Translations under genes and position numbers: made by a program
Assembly: GCA_031835245.2 (NCBI GenBank)
Contig: JAVKOQ020000038.1
Span: 62,001 to 126,000, forward strand
DNA length: 64,000 nt
Reading direction: 5' to 3'
Source of the DNA: Balamuthia mandrillaris
Taxonomy: Eukaryota
Notes under the pieces: model-generated
Told to the model about the DNA's origin: nothing
Seen by the model: only the letters and a program-made list of their open reading frames with translations
Database searches by the model: none
Shown here: positions 13,350 through 25,100 of the stretch, one piece after another
How positions within the stretch are numbered: position 1 is the first letter of the stretch
Layout: each line of letters opens with the position of its first letter

Positions 13350-14161
13350 CTCGTTCTCTCATCTATGCTTTTCTTTCAAAACAAACAACAACTGGTAACC
13401 TTTTTTAAAAAAAACATAAACATAGAAACGTTCCCAGAATGATGAGCATGAACCAAGCGCTTCCTCCTCTTCCTCCTCCTCTTCTTCCTCTCCTTCTCCT
13501 TCCTTGTCTTCTTCTGGCGATCGACGAAGAACCATCGTTCGGCCTCCACTTCCGACCGACGCCACGAAGAGCGCCGAGAGCTTGGCCGAGCTGACCAAAC
13601 GCAACACCGTGTTGGAGGGATGGATCAACTACAAACAAAACAGGAGCTGGCGAAAGCTTTGGGCGACGGCCAAGTTCAAGTATCTTTATCTTTATAACAA
13701 TCCTCTTGTAAGTTTTGCATTCTCTTCAGAGTTCTTCTCTTCTTTCTTCTCACTGCTTTTTTGTTTTGTTTGCAAAGGAGCGCGAGCTAAAGTTGGTCGT
13801 CCCATTGACGCATTGCTCCATTGATGTAGAAACGTAACTTTCTGCTTCTTGCTTCTTGCTTCTTGCTTCTTGCTTCTTCCTGTCTTCTTACAGTTCAACG
13901 ACTTAATAGAAAAGGCAAAGCAAATACATTCGCGATAAACGGACGACTCGAGTCTTATTTCTTCAGAGTAAAACCGAAGGAGGCGCCACCAACGATGGAA
14001 GACTGGGTCAAAGCTGTCAAGGAATGTACCGAGGAAGAAGAAGTCCACCAAACGCGGGAGTATAAAGGAAAGCGAGACATCAAAGGCCAGGTATTCCTTG
14101 AGCAGGACGAAGACGATACTGACAGCGATGAAGAAGTTCCTTTTGGATGTGGTACATACTT

Positions 14162-14200
<39 letters not shown>

Positions 14201-17200
14201 TGGCTTCCTAACAACAAACACGACACAACAAATAAATAAAGAAACGGTTCAAAGACATGTGCGGAACCTGGTCAAAGAGGAGCGGAGGTACGTACAGATG
14301 CTGGACCGCATCTCCAAGATGTACCGCACGCCTCTAGAAGTGGACCCAAAGCTCAAGAGCAAGTTGTTAGCCGAGGAGGTGGACACTATCTTTGGCAACA
14401 TCAAACCCATTGCAAAGCTTCACGCCAAGCTGCTTCAGCGCTTCGAGTCCATTCTGCAAAACTTGAACAAAGTTCACGACAGTTCCACTCCTTCTACTCC
14501 TTCTGCATCCTTCTCTCCTTCTCCTCCTTCTTCAACCTCTTCTTCAACAAGTTTAACAATAAGAACATTACAAGCAAATGGAACGGCATTGCAGGAGATA
14601 AGCAGCCTTTTACAGGAGGAGAGCTCAAAGTTCGAGCAGGAATACATCAACTATGTGAGCAAGATCAGCAACGCAATGTACTGCCTCGTGGTCTGTCGCA
14701 ACCGAGCCAAAGTGGTGAGGCAGTTCCTCAAGGAGAGAAGGAAGCAGTTGGGAGAGGGCAACGAGCTGGAGGCCCTCTTGGCTCTGCCGTTGCAGAGGTT
14801 GGCGGCTTATGCTGCCTTCTTGGATGAAGCTGGATCCTTGCATCAAAGAGATAGAGCCAAGCTGACTAGTGGTAACGGAAGTGGAAATGCAAACGCCGCA
14901 CGGAATACTAGACCTATATCTTCTGCTTCTGCTCAAGTGGATAGTAGGGGTAAGGCTGTGCATTCTTTTTCTTAGTCTTTCCCCTTTCTTCCTTCCTATG
15001 CCTTTTGGTATTAACGTTATGAGCTTGCCGCTGTGAAGTTGCTACATGTTTGAATAGATTCAGGGAGCTCTCCTCGAAAGTAACGACCAGTAATGCTCTT
15101 TCCCTTAACTTGGAAAAGATGTTGGACATTCGTCGTCGTCTTGTTGATTATGAAGTACTCCTTCGCTGCTTCTCCGCCTTTGTATTTCCTTCTTAACCGT
15201 ACTCTTTCTGGTTTTTATAAAGGGCAACTTGGTCGATCCCAAGCGAGTCTTCCTTCAAGAGGGCAGCATCAATTTGGCTCTTCCTAGCGCACCCACACCG
15301 GGGGTTCCTTCCATGCCTCCATCTTCACCCTCTCTCTCTTCTTCCTCCTCCTCTTCCTCCTCTTCCGCTTCTCCAGCTGTGCTTCCAGCCAACGTTGCTA
15401 CTGCGCTGAAAGAAGGCGGCCTTTTGAAGCCAAGCTACGTCTTTCTCTTCAACGACTTGATCGTCTTTGCAAAGTCTTCCAATCCATTGCAATCCGTTTA
15501 CAAAGTTGTCGGTCAACTTCCTTTGCATAGAGCTGTTCTCACTAACATCGCTGATTCTGGAGGTTTCTTTCCTTAGCTTCTCTCTTTCGTTGTTGTTTCC
15601 ACTTTCTCAATTACTGAACACGTTATTATTCTAACGCTGTACCAGAGCTGAAGAACATATTACGTATCGAAGCTACGCCAAGGAAGCCAGGTTCGGCTGT
15701 ATACTACCTTCAAACTGCGTCCCCGCAAGAAAAAGATGCTTGGTTGTCCACTCTAACAAGTGCCATCGAGGAGGTCGGCAAAGCACGAAAAGGTTCTTCC
15801 TCCTCCTCTTCTTTTTCTTCTTCTTTCTTCTCACTTATATATAAACTTTAAACAACAACTAATATAGTTTATGGACTACCGTTGGTAATGCTAATGGATA
15901 CTCCACGAGAACAAGATCATGACATTCCTACCATCGTTGATAAGGTTGTCTCCTGGATTATTGCTCATGGTATATCCTTTGGAACCCTTTCCTCTTCCTG
16001 CCTCTTTTCTCCTCCTTTAACGCTATGTTTCCATTTTTTTTATTAATAGCGTTGGAGGTGGAAGGCATATTTAGGCTGCCGGGACGGTTGGATAGCATCG
16101 AAGCTTACAAAGATAAAATCAACAATGGTTTGCTCTGCTTCTGCTTTCTCTCCTCTCTCTCTCCCTTGTACGTGGTAAAACCATGTTTTTTTCTCACCGT
16201 TTCACTACTCTTAGGAAACGACATTCATCTTCCGCCAGATGAGAACCCATACGTGGTGGCCAGTCTTCTCACGCATTGGTTGATGGAGCTTCCGGAAACT
16301 CTTTGCACACGTCCTCTATATTCTCTCTTTGTGGGAGCCATTCGTACGTGTTTCTTTATCTCTTTCTCTTTCTCTCTTTTTCTCCGTCGCAAGTTTCTAA
16401 CCTGTATGCGACACTCAGAGAACGCCAGCAACGAGCAAGAACGATGCGACATGCTGATACAGGCTGTTAAGAAAATGCCTCTTTCCAATCGTTTCGTCTT
16501 GCAGCACCTCATTTCTCTGTTCTTGCTCATTGTGGAGAAACAAGAAGGTATTCCTGCCCTTCCTTGCTTTCCTCCTTTATTTTCTTTGCGTTCTCATCAT
16601 TAACTCTCTACGAATCCTTTCCTCTTTCTTTCGTTATAGTAAACAAAATGGGGTTGAGCAACCTGGCCATTGTGTTTAGCGTCTCTTTGTTGGCTTCCGA
16701 TGAGCCGGATCAAATGTGGTCTGGCATACAAGACGCCCAAGCCGTCATTCAAACCTTTATTACCCATTACAACACCATATTCTCGGTATCACTACTCCCT
16801 CCTCCTCTTGTTCTTCTTCTTGTTCTTCTTGTTCTTCTTCTGCTTCTTCTTCTTCTTCTTCTTCTTCTGCTTCTTCTTCTTCTTCTTCTTCTTCTTCTTC
16901 TTCTTCTTCTTCTTCTTCTTCTTCTTCTTCTGCTGCTTCTTCTTGTTCTTCTTGTTCTTCTTCTTCTTCTTGTTCTTCTTCTTGTTCTTCATCTTGTTCT
17001 TCTTCTTCTTCTTCTTCTTCTTCGTCTTCTTGTTCTTCTTGTTCTTCTTCTTCTTCTTCTTCTTCTTCTTCTTCTTCTTCTTCTTCTTCTCTTCTATCAT
17101 CTTGCTCTTTCTTCTTCTATCTGACTTCACATTTTCTCTCACTTATAGTGGGTCGCAGAAGAGCGGAAGCAATGGAAGCTCAGCAGACAAAACGCAACGA

Positions 17201-17946
17201 ACAGTACCAACGGTGCCAAACCAGGAACACCACCACCGGCCGTTCCCAAACGACCTCTCCCTCCCTCTCCTGGTGCAAATGGCGGGGGAGGACCACCATC
17301 ACCAACAGCCGCCGCTGGTCGTGGCAGAGGAGGAGGAGGAGGAGGCAGCTGGCGGGGCAACAGACCATCACAGCTGTCTCGCCTCGGGCCAAAGACGCTC
17401 AGCGACAGAGCCAACTTGACTTCCTCTTTCTTGAACAAACAACAGCTGCCGCAGCAACAAACCCCTCCGGACACGCCCCCAAGGCGTTCTCCCTCTCCCC
17501 TCTCCCCCCGATCCATTCAAAAGCAACAACCCCTCCCTCAGCTTCCTCTGCACTCCTCTGCTCCTTCTCTCTCTGCCTCTCTGGGAGAAGAGGTGATGAG
17601 CCCCAAAGAAGCTGCTGCTCCCTCCTCACACGACATAAACGAGGAAGAGCTGGAGGACGACAGCCTCATCGTGAAGGAGGGATGGCTGGCCAAGAAGGGC
17701 GGCAAACGACGCAACTGGAACACCCGCTGGTGCGTGTTGCGTCCCAAGTACCTCAGCTACTTCAAGGACAAGACGGACGCCAAGCCCAAGGGCACCGTCG
17801 TGCTGAGCGGGGTGAGGGTCATGGAGTCGGCCAGGAAGCAGTACTGCTTTGCCATCACGCTGCCGGACAGGACCTACCTGATGGCTGCAAAGGATGCCAA
17901 GGAGCAGGAAGAATGGATGCAAGCCATCCAAAAGTGCATTCTCTAA
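11979..17946 (+). CDS. Multidomain Rho regulator: BAR-like coiled coil, PH, RhoGEF (DH), PH, RhoGAP, Pro-rich linker, PH
   Basis: N-terminal helical BAR-like exons (KKKYDKAKAAFEAADAKV...RNKVATLERLCDYVDAYKEVF). PH: VLEGWINYKQNRSWRKLW. DH: NLVKEERRYV...IFGNIKPI...LLALPLQRL. PH: YVFLFNDLIVFAK. RhoGAP: EGIFRLPG, VASLLTHWLMELPE, NKMGLSNLAIVF. C-terminal PH: KEGWLAKKGGKRRNWNTRWCVL...EQEEWMQAI. Confidence 0.85.
12600..12897 (+). repeat. (TTC/TTG)n intronic microsatellite
   Basis: About 300 nt of TTC/TTG triplets in an intron of the BAR-GEF-GAP gene. Confidence 0.95.
16800..17095 (+). repeat. (TTC/TTG)n intronic microsatellite
   Basis: Triplet tract in the intron after the RhoGAP exon. Confidence 0.95.
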
Positions 17947-18140
17947 AGAGAGAGAGAAAGAGGAGCAAAGAAGGAAGAAGAAAGAAGGGATGAACAAGAA
18001 GAGAATCCCATTTTACACACACATTTTTTCCTTCACAAACACAAAACAACCATACACAACAATTTAGACTTGTAACAAACACAAAACAAAAAAAACACAT
18101 ATTTACATTCTTTTCCCATGCTTGCTTGCTTCGTTCCGGT

Positions 18141-21100
18141 TCAACAGGGCAGTCCTTTCGTAGAATGGTTTGGGCTTTGTACAGGGCTTAAACTCTTGTT
18201 GTCAGAAGTGTTGGTGCTGGAGGACGTGTTTTCTTTGAGGGATAATTGGGCAAAAGAGGAAGTGGGTGGTGCTGTTGATGAAGAAGAAGAGGAAGAGGAA
18301 GAGGGGATTGAAGAGCTCGTTCGGTCACCAGTTCTTCCTTCTTTCTCTGGTGGTGGTTGTTGCTGCTGTACCCTTGCATTCATTCCACCTGAACGAGAGA
18401 ACAAGAAGATACAGAGAAGAGGAGATAAGGGAGAGAACAACATAAAAGGAACGAAAAAGCGACGAAGAGTAACGAACCTGCGTGAAATTGATATTCAGAA
18501 GGAAAACCGGTGGTTGTAGTTTGGGCAGTGGGAGGGGGCATGGGGAAATAAAGTGGTGGAGGCATTAGTTGATGATACATCGACTGTTGTTGCTGCTGCT
18601 GGTGCTGCTCTGTCATCAGCTGATAGCCTCCTCCTTCCACATTACCGCTGCTGGTGCTGCTGATAGAACTGCTGTACATCGCATCAAACTCTACAAAACC
18701 TTGTTGTTGCTGTTGTTGAAGATGATGATAATCGTCAGAAGATAATAATGAGGATGTTGATGAAACTGCTTGTCCAGTTGATGAAGAGTCTGAAAAAGAG
18801 GTTGTAGGAGGAGCCATGTACATTGTAGTTGTTGAATATGGAGCATAAGTTGGATGCGTGTATCCCATTTGATAGCCGCCACCGCTGCTATCACCGCTAT
18901 AAGATATTCCTCCACTGCTGCTAGAAGGAGTACCACCAACGCCTGTTGTTGGTGATATGGTGGAGGTTGGAGTGGACGAAGTAGCGGAGGAGGTTGGGTA
19001 TGAGTAGTTTGGAACTACTTCCCCTGTTTGAGCCGCGAAGAATTTCCTGTACAGGTAACCAAAAATGAGAGAGATGTTAGAGAAGAAGAAAACAAAAAGA
19101 GGATATAAACTAGAGTACCGGTTGTAAGGATGAAATTTATGAAGAGGGGTGGACGGAGCAGTAGGAGGAGGAGGCATGTTTGTTGGTTGAGAAGGAGGAA
19201 TGTACAACGGCACGTTCCCACCCATTTGTTGCTATTCAAAAGGCGAAATCAGCACCAACGGGTATCACTCAAAGAGTATAGTAAACGAAAAAAATGAAAC
19301 AAAACGATGAAAAGGAAGGAGAAAGATGAATACATACAGGAATGATCATGGGAGGAGGAGCAGGTGCAAATGATGTGGCTGGAGGATACGTGAAATAATG
19401 AGTGCCGCCTTGAAGGTAGGCGTTTGCGGCTGGTACTGGCGGTGCAACCATCATGCCCATAGTATAGGGCGATGCACCTGGCATTTGATGAAGTCTTCTT
19501 CTGCCCTTCATGTCTGCGGATTCGCAATATTGTACTCTAATTCTTTTGCCCAACCATTCCGTTCCATTCTGTATCGATATCGTGCAAAGTGAAGTAAATG
19601 AGTTAGCTGCACGAAGCATTTTTTTTTTTACTTAGTTTACCTCTTGTTCAATGGCAGAAGCGGATGATGAAGCATCTTTGAAACGAACGAAAGCAAATGC
19701 ACTTCGAGGTATGCCTGTTAATTTGAGATGAGAACGAAGCTTATGAAGAGAGGAGAGGAAGGCCATACCTGTCTCAGGTTCTTCCCCTTCATCCTTTTTT
19801 ACCAAGGAAATGCTTTCGATGGGTCCATAACCCTCAAAACGTTCCTGCAATAACTCTTTCGTGATTTGAGTAGGATTGAGCCCACCAACAAAAATATTGT
19901 GCTTGTCCACTCCGGTCATCAGCTCCGATTCGTTTGTGCTTGTTGCCCATTCTATCACCCATCTTCTGTGCGTTTGCTTCATCGACTTTAAAGAGCGAGA
20001 GAGAGAGAGAGAGAGAGAAAGGGGGGGGAGCTACAGAAGCAAGAGGAGATGGAGAGATGTTGAAGGTTAACAAATAGTACCAGAAATGCCTCCATGGCAT
20101 CCTCCCGAAATTCAAACTTAACAAAACCACAGCCTTTGCTCTTTTGCGTGTGATGGTTTTTGATTATAGTAACACTCTCGATAGGGCCAAACGGCTCGAC
20201 AATTTCTCTCAGTTTCTGCATTTGACAACAGGAACAGAAGTAGAATTTGGAGTGAAAGGTAGTTAGCATAACAGAATGTTAGCATTTGAGCGAAAAAAGG
20301 GTACCTGAGCAGTTAGACTCCTGCTCATCTTGGCAATAAAGAGTGTGCGATTAACTTTGGCTTTTTCTACTCGCAACCGCCGTCCTTGCAACACTTGGTC
20401 ATTGGAACTCAACAAAGCTGCATTTGCATCTTCCACTCGCTGTGTTTCATCACTTTAGCCAACACAGAAACAAAGGTAGAAGATTACACTTAAAAAAAAA
20501 AGACACGACACGGAGAAAGAGACTGAGAGAGAGAGAGAGAGAGAGAGAGGAGACAAGACTAACACAAATCAAAAGAAGACTAAACCTTAAACTGAACAAA
20601 GGCATAGGGACGAGAGGCTGGATCTCTCATGATTTTGATCTTAAGCACTTCACCATACTGCGAAAAATGTTGGTGGAGGACCTCTTCCGTCGCCTGCGAG
20701 GACAAGCTCGCCACGAACAGACAGGCTTGCGGAGGTCCCTTTGGTTCTCCTCTCGAAGAAAACGTCGCGGTCGTTACGGTTGGAGCCCCTTTCTTTTCAC
20801 CCGCTTCATGCTCTTCTTCCTCTTCCTCTTTCCTCGTTTCTTCTTGCTCCTTTTCGCTCACCACGTCTCTATGAGTGCTTTGGGGTTCACTTTTGTCTGG
20901 CTGCCCCCTTTCAACATTGTTGCTGGAAGCGGCAGGTTTAGAAAGGAGTGCAGGAGCAGAAGGTGATGTTGCCCCTTTCTCTGGCGGTCCGCCTTGTTTT
21001 AATAAATGTTATGTGAGATAAAGTCGAAAAGAAAAAAATTAATAATTTTGTGAGCGAAAGGATAGATGGAAGGAAACTTCGGATGGGAAAATCATGCATT

Positions 21101-21194
21101 TTACGGAAGGAAACAAACAAAAACAAGGGGTACCTGTAGTTGAAAGTGCTTCCTTTGGCTCGATGGGGCTCTCCTCCTCTTTCTTTGGTTGCAT
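18141..21194 (-). CDS. Triple-RRM RNA-binding protein with long low-complexity C-terminus, Rim4/Msa1-like
   Basis: RRM1 ACLFVASLS...KIMRDPASRPYAFVQF...LQGRRLRVEKAKVNRTLFIAK. RRM2 KGCGFVKFEFREDA...WVIEWA. RRM3 DKHNIFVGGLN...FAFVRF...WLGKRIRVQY. The tail is S/P/Q/Y/T-rich. Confidence 0.85.
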
Positions 21195-22321
21195 TCGTTT
21201 TTGTTTGATTGCTTTGAAACCCTTAAAAAAAAGGGGGGGAAACAGATAACAGAGCGCTCTCTCCGCGGGGTTCCTTTGTGGTTAACGGGTAACAGTGAAA
21301 TAGAAGCCGTTTAGTTTAGGTTTTCGTGAAAAGGTCATTTACATCTCTCAACCGCATCACCCCAAAAAGATAAGAGTGACCCATCTCCTGGAGAGAAAGT
21401 GATATATCTGTCTCTACTTTTTTTGGAGCACGTTACCACAACAAAACATCAGAACTCACCTGCAAAACAAAAATGGGACCCCCTTTGTTTTTCTCTTTCG
21501 ATGAAGAGATGAACGGGGAGGAGGGAGGAGTGGTCGAAGCAAACACACACCTCTGCCCACCGACTTTAAAAGAAAAAACGAAAAAGCAGACTCCCCCCCA
21601 CAAACTTTTTTGGTTGATAAACTACTTTCTTTGAAGACCCTTCTTTTTTGCTTCTTTTGTTTTCTCCTCTCTCTTTCTCTCTGTGTGCGGCAAGCAGGCT
21701 GCCAGACCCACCAAACGGTCGCCAGGATTCCTGTCGGTACGACTCGACGACGTCCAGCTGGCAGAAGAACACTGTCCAGCGCTGCCCCCGCCCTCCCCCA
21801 TCTCCCCAACCGGGCCGTTTCCCACCAAGACCCAACGGTAAACAAAAAGCTGCGAAGGCCTGTCCAGAAAAGGCAAAGCTAGGATGTCAAACGTGCTTGT
21901 TACCATGGGAACCCTAGCGATGGGACAAGATGTCTCACGGGTGTTTTTTTTTCCGTTTCAAAAAAAGATAAACAAAACAAACTGTGGAGCGATGGATCGG
22001 CGCTATCCTCGCCAATGAGAGGAACGGGAGGATGTGCGAGGAAACGAACGAGATTTCCCAGGATACAATGTGGAAATTTCGAAATCAGCTTTTTTTGTGA
22101 ATTTGGATTGGAAGATGATCGGCCGATCGATTGATAAATGCGTCCAATGAGGAGGTACGTCTCTCCGCGTCTGTCCCGCGTTCAATGGACAGGAGAGGGC
22201 TAAAATTTACGTTCAGCAATTCTCTTTATGGAAAATCTAACTCGTTGATAAGAGAGTAGGGATAAAGGTTGAGCCAGCGCTGGTGTGGGGGGGAAGCGCA
22301 AACAACCGAGAGTAAAGCAAG

Positions 22322-23339
22322 ATGCCTCTTCGACTAACCGCAACTTTTGGGCTCCTTTTGGTCGTGGCCCTTGTTGCGCCCACGGCAAGAGCTGCCCTTG
22401 GAGGCCTTGCTCATTTTGAGACGGTCAGCCCCAATTTCTTAGGCGTGGAGTGCATGCTCCCTGTGTATGATGCTGGTGGATGCTTCTTCCCCGAGTTCGG
22501 CAGCCCCGTCACCGTCACCAACTGCTCCGAGAACATCAACGACAGGACGTCTTTTCCCTCTCAAGTAAAAATTTTGAGCCTGAAGATGGACGCCGCTGCT
22601 CGTTTTAAGACTACGGACGAGGAGACCTACCAGCTGTGGTCCAGACAGGGTTGGCTGAGACAAACCTACTCCAGCGAGGAATTGGTGGACCGCCTGTTCG
22701 GCACCACCGGTCTGGAGGCCATCACCTTCACCAAGAACGCCGATCAAAATTCGGCAGAGTTCTTTGAACGTACGATAATATTTTTTTTGTCTCGCTGCTT
22801 GTGTCGCTTCTTGCTCTATCTGCCCTCCTTGTGTGAGCCTCCTTGTTTCCTGTCCCTGGTTCTTGTCCACTCGCTATTCTGTTTTTTAGGTTTATTACGC
22901 TTCTCTTCCACTCACCTTTGTTTTTTTTTTCAATGCCCTCTTCTCGCCCTTCTCCCTGGGGTATCCTTTGCCGTCACGCCCACCCCACACAGTGGCAGCG
23001 AGGTTCAGCAGGGTGGGTTCGTGGGCTGGCGGCAACCAGAGCTGCCACGACTTGCCCCTGGTGCGGGCCGTCTTCGACATGCCCCTCAGCCGACTGACCA
23101 TCACCGAAAAGCTCGTGCTGAAGGCGGAGGGCGTCATCAGCAAGTTCAGCTTCGTGGCGGACCCGGCGGTGGGCGAGCCGGTGGAGGAGATCAAGATGGA
23201 CGTCAACTGCCTCTCCTTCCAGTACCTGTTCAGCAACCGAGCGGACACCCTGCCCACGCCCACCCTCATGAAGAACACCTTTTTCTTCACCGCCAAGTAC
23301 TTGGATGAGCCTGCTTGCGTGGATGCAGGGGGGGAGTAG
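22322..23339 (+). CDS. Secreted protein of 264 aa (2 exons: 22322-22769, 22993-23339) with similarity to Hcp/TssD (T6SS tube) proteins
   Basis: Signal peptide MPLRLTATFGLLLVVALVAPTARA. A GT..AG intron at 22770-22992 joins the frames as SAEFFE-L-AARFS. GC-rich codon usage. Hcp-like motifs ITFTKNADQNSAEFF and VISKFSF...PVEEIKMDVNCLSFQY. The gene itself is well supported; the Hcp assignment is by eye. Confidence 0.6.
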
Positions 23340-23425
23340 AAAGGAAGACACCTTCGTTGCTTTGTTGTTTTGGGGTTGTCGTTGTTGGAAGAAGAAAAAA
23401 AACAGTGAACAAACAATCACCGGTT

Positions 23426-24509
23426 TTAGACTTTGTGGGTCTTCTTCTTGCTTCGCTGCTTCTTCTTCTTGTTTTTCTTTGTCATCGTGGGAGTTGTTGT
23501 GTCTATGTCCTTTTCTTCTGTTGTTGCAACTGACTTTTGCGCTGCTGCTTCTACATCCATCGAAGCTTCTGCTTGTTGTTGCGCTTCTCCAACCCTCGAA
23601 TAAAGGTGAGTAGACGTACTCTCTGTTTCTTCGTCTTCGCCTCGTTCTTCCATCGAAGTGTTTGGTTTCTTCAACAGCGAGTCCATGAAGGAGAGGTAAA
23701 GCTTGGAAGGAGGTGGAATAACATGAGAAGGAGCGTCAAAGAGGTCGGAGAAGAGTGGAGCTTGCATCGCGTCAAGTTGTTGAAGTTGGTCCTCGTCTTC
23801 TTTCTTCTTTTTCTTTCCCTTAGCCTGAAGTTGCTCCGTTTTACCAAACATCTTCTCAAAGTGCGTCAGTTGTTGATTAGCATCTTGCAAAAGTTGTTTC
23901 TCTGTTGTCACTTCGTCTTCTCCTTCTTCATTGTTGTGTTCGGCAGATTGTTTTTGCTGCTCCAGTTTGAAGAGCTCTTTCCGAGCGTTGAGATACAGAA
24001 TAGCTCGTTCGGATCTGGTAGAGGAGTTGAGGAAAGCTAAGCTCTCCACGGGATTTTTCTTCGACACGCGCCAGAACCAAATGGGCTTTGGAGAGGTTGG
24101 CGAGAACAACAGCAAGTACTTTTTGGTCGAAACGACGAAACGTGGTTCGCTCTTGTTAGATGAATAAAATTGTTGTTGCTGTTGGAAGGGATCAACGGCC
24201 AAAGAGATGACGTTGAGTCGATAAGACCACCAAACAGAAGAGGTCAACAAGTTCCACACAAACAACTGGTCTTTTGTGTAGCAGACGAGGAAGGAGGTGT
24301 CAGGAACGAAAGCTAAGCCCTTAATCTCCTCATTGGGAACCGGGTGGCAGAGCGTATGATGTAAAGCGTTATTGATTGCATCCCACAGCGTTATCACCTG
24401 TTAATTTATTTTTTCCAACGAAAGAATCAACGAAAAAACGAAACTTGATAAGGATCACCAGGGAGGGAGAAAAATGAAAGAGGGAGAGAGGGGGGGGGGG
24501 AGAGAGAGA

Positions 24510-24546
<37 letters not shown>

Positions 24547-25064
24547 GCGAGGGTTAAATGCAATGTAGCATACCTGGCCATAAGCAATAGCAAGGAGAGA
24601 GCCATCCGAGGAAAAAGCGGCAGCAGTGGCAGGACTGTCCTTGTAAAAACCAACTGACCTGCACATCCACGCTGTCTTATCTGCAGCTGTGGTGGGAGCT
24701 GGATGCAAGTTTAAAATAAGAAAGAGAACTAATCCAAAAATGCAATGAAAAGTAAAGGAGACGTACTTCCTGGTTTGCGGACGTGAGTCCATATTTTGAA
24801 CTTCTTATCACGCGAGCAACTAACAACGAGGTTCAAGGTAGGGTGATAAACCAGTCCCGTTACTTCCCTGACGTGAGGATTATCCATTCGAGTATTCATG
24901 ACAAAACTATTTGAGAGAAGAGAGGAAGAGGGAGTTAATTTCTTAATCGCGAAACAAAGAGAAAAGCAAAGTTACTTTTGGGACCGTAGATCCCAGTGCC
25001 AAAACTTGAGGGAGGTTTCATCGGGTTCCGGTCCTCTATCCACCTAAAATACAATAACGTGTGA

Positions 25065-25100
<36 letters not shown>

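Noticed and set aside
22322..23339. Possibility that the Hcp-like gene is bacterial contamination or part of a T6SS cluster
   Set aside because: It has a host-style intron and signal peptide and lies between eukaryotic genes. No tssB/C, vgrG or baseplate genes are visible.
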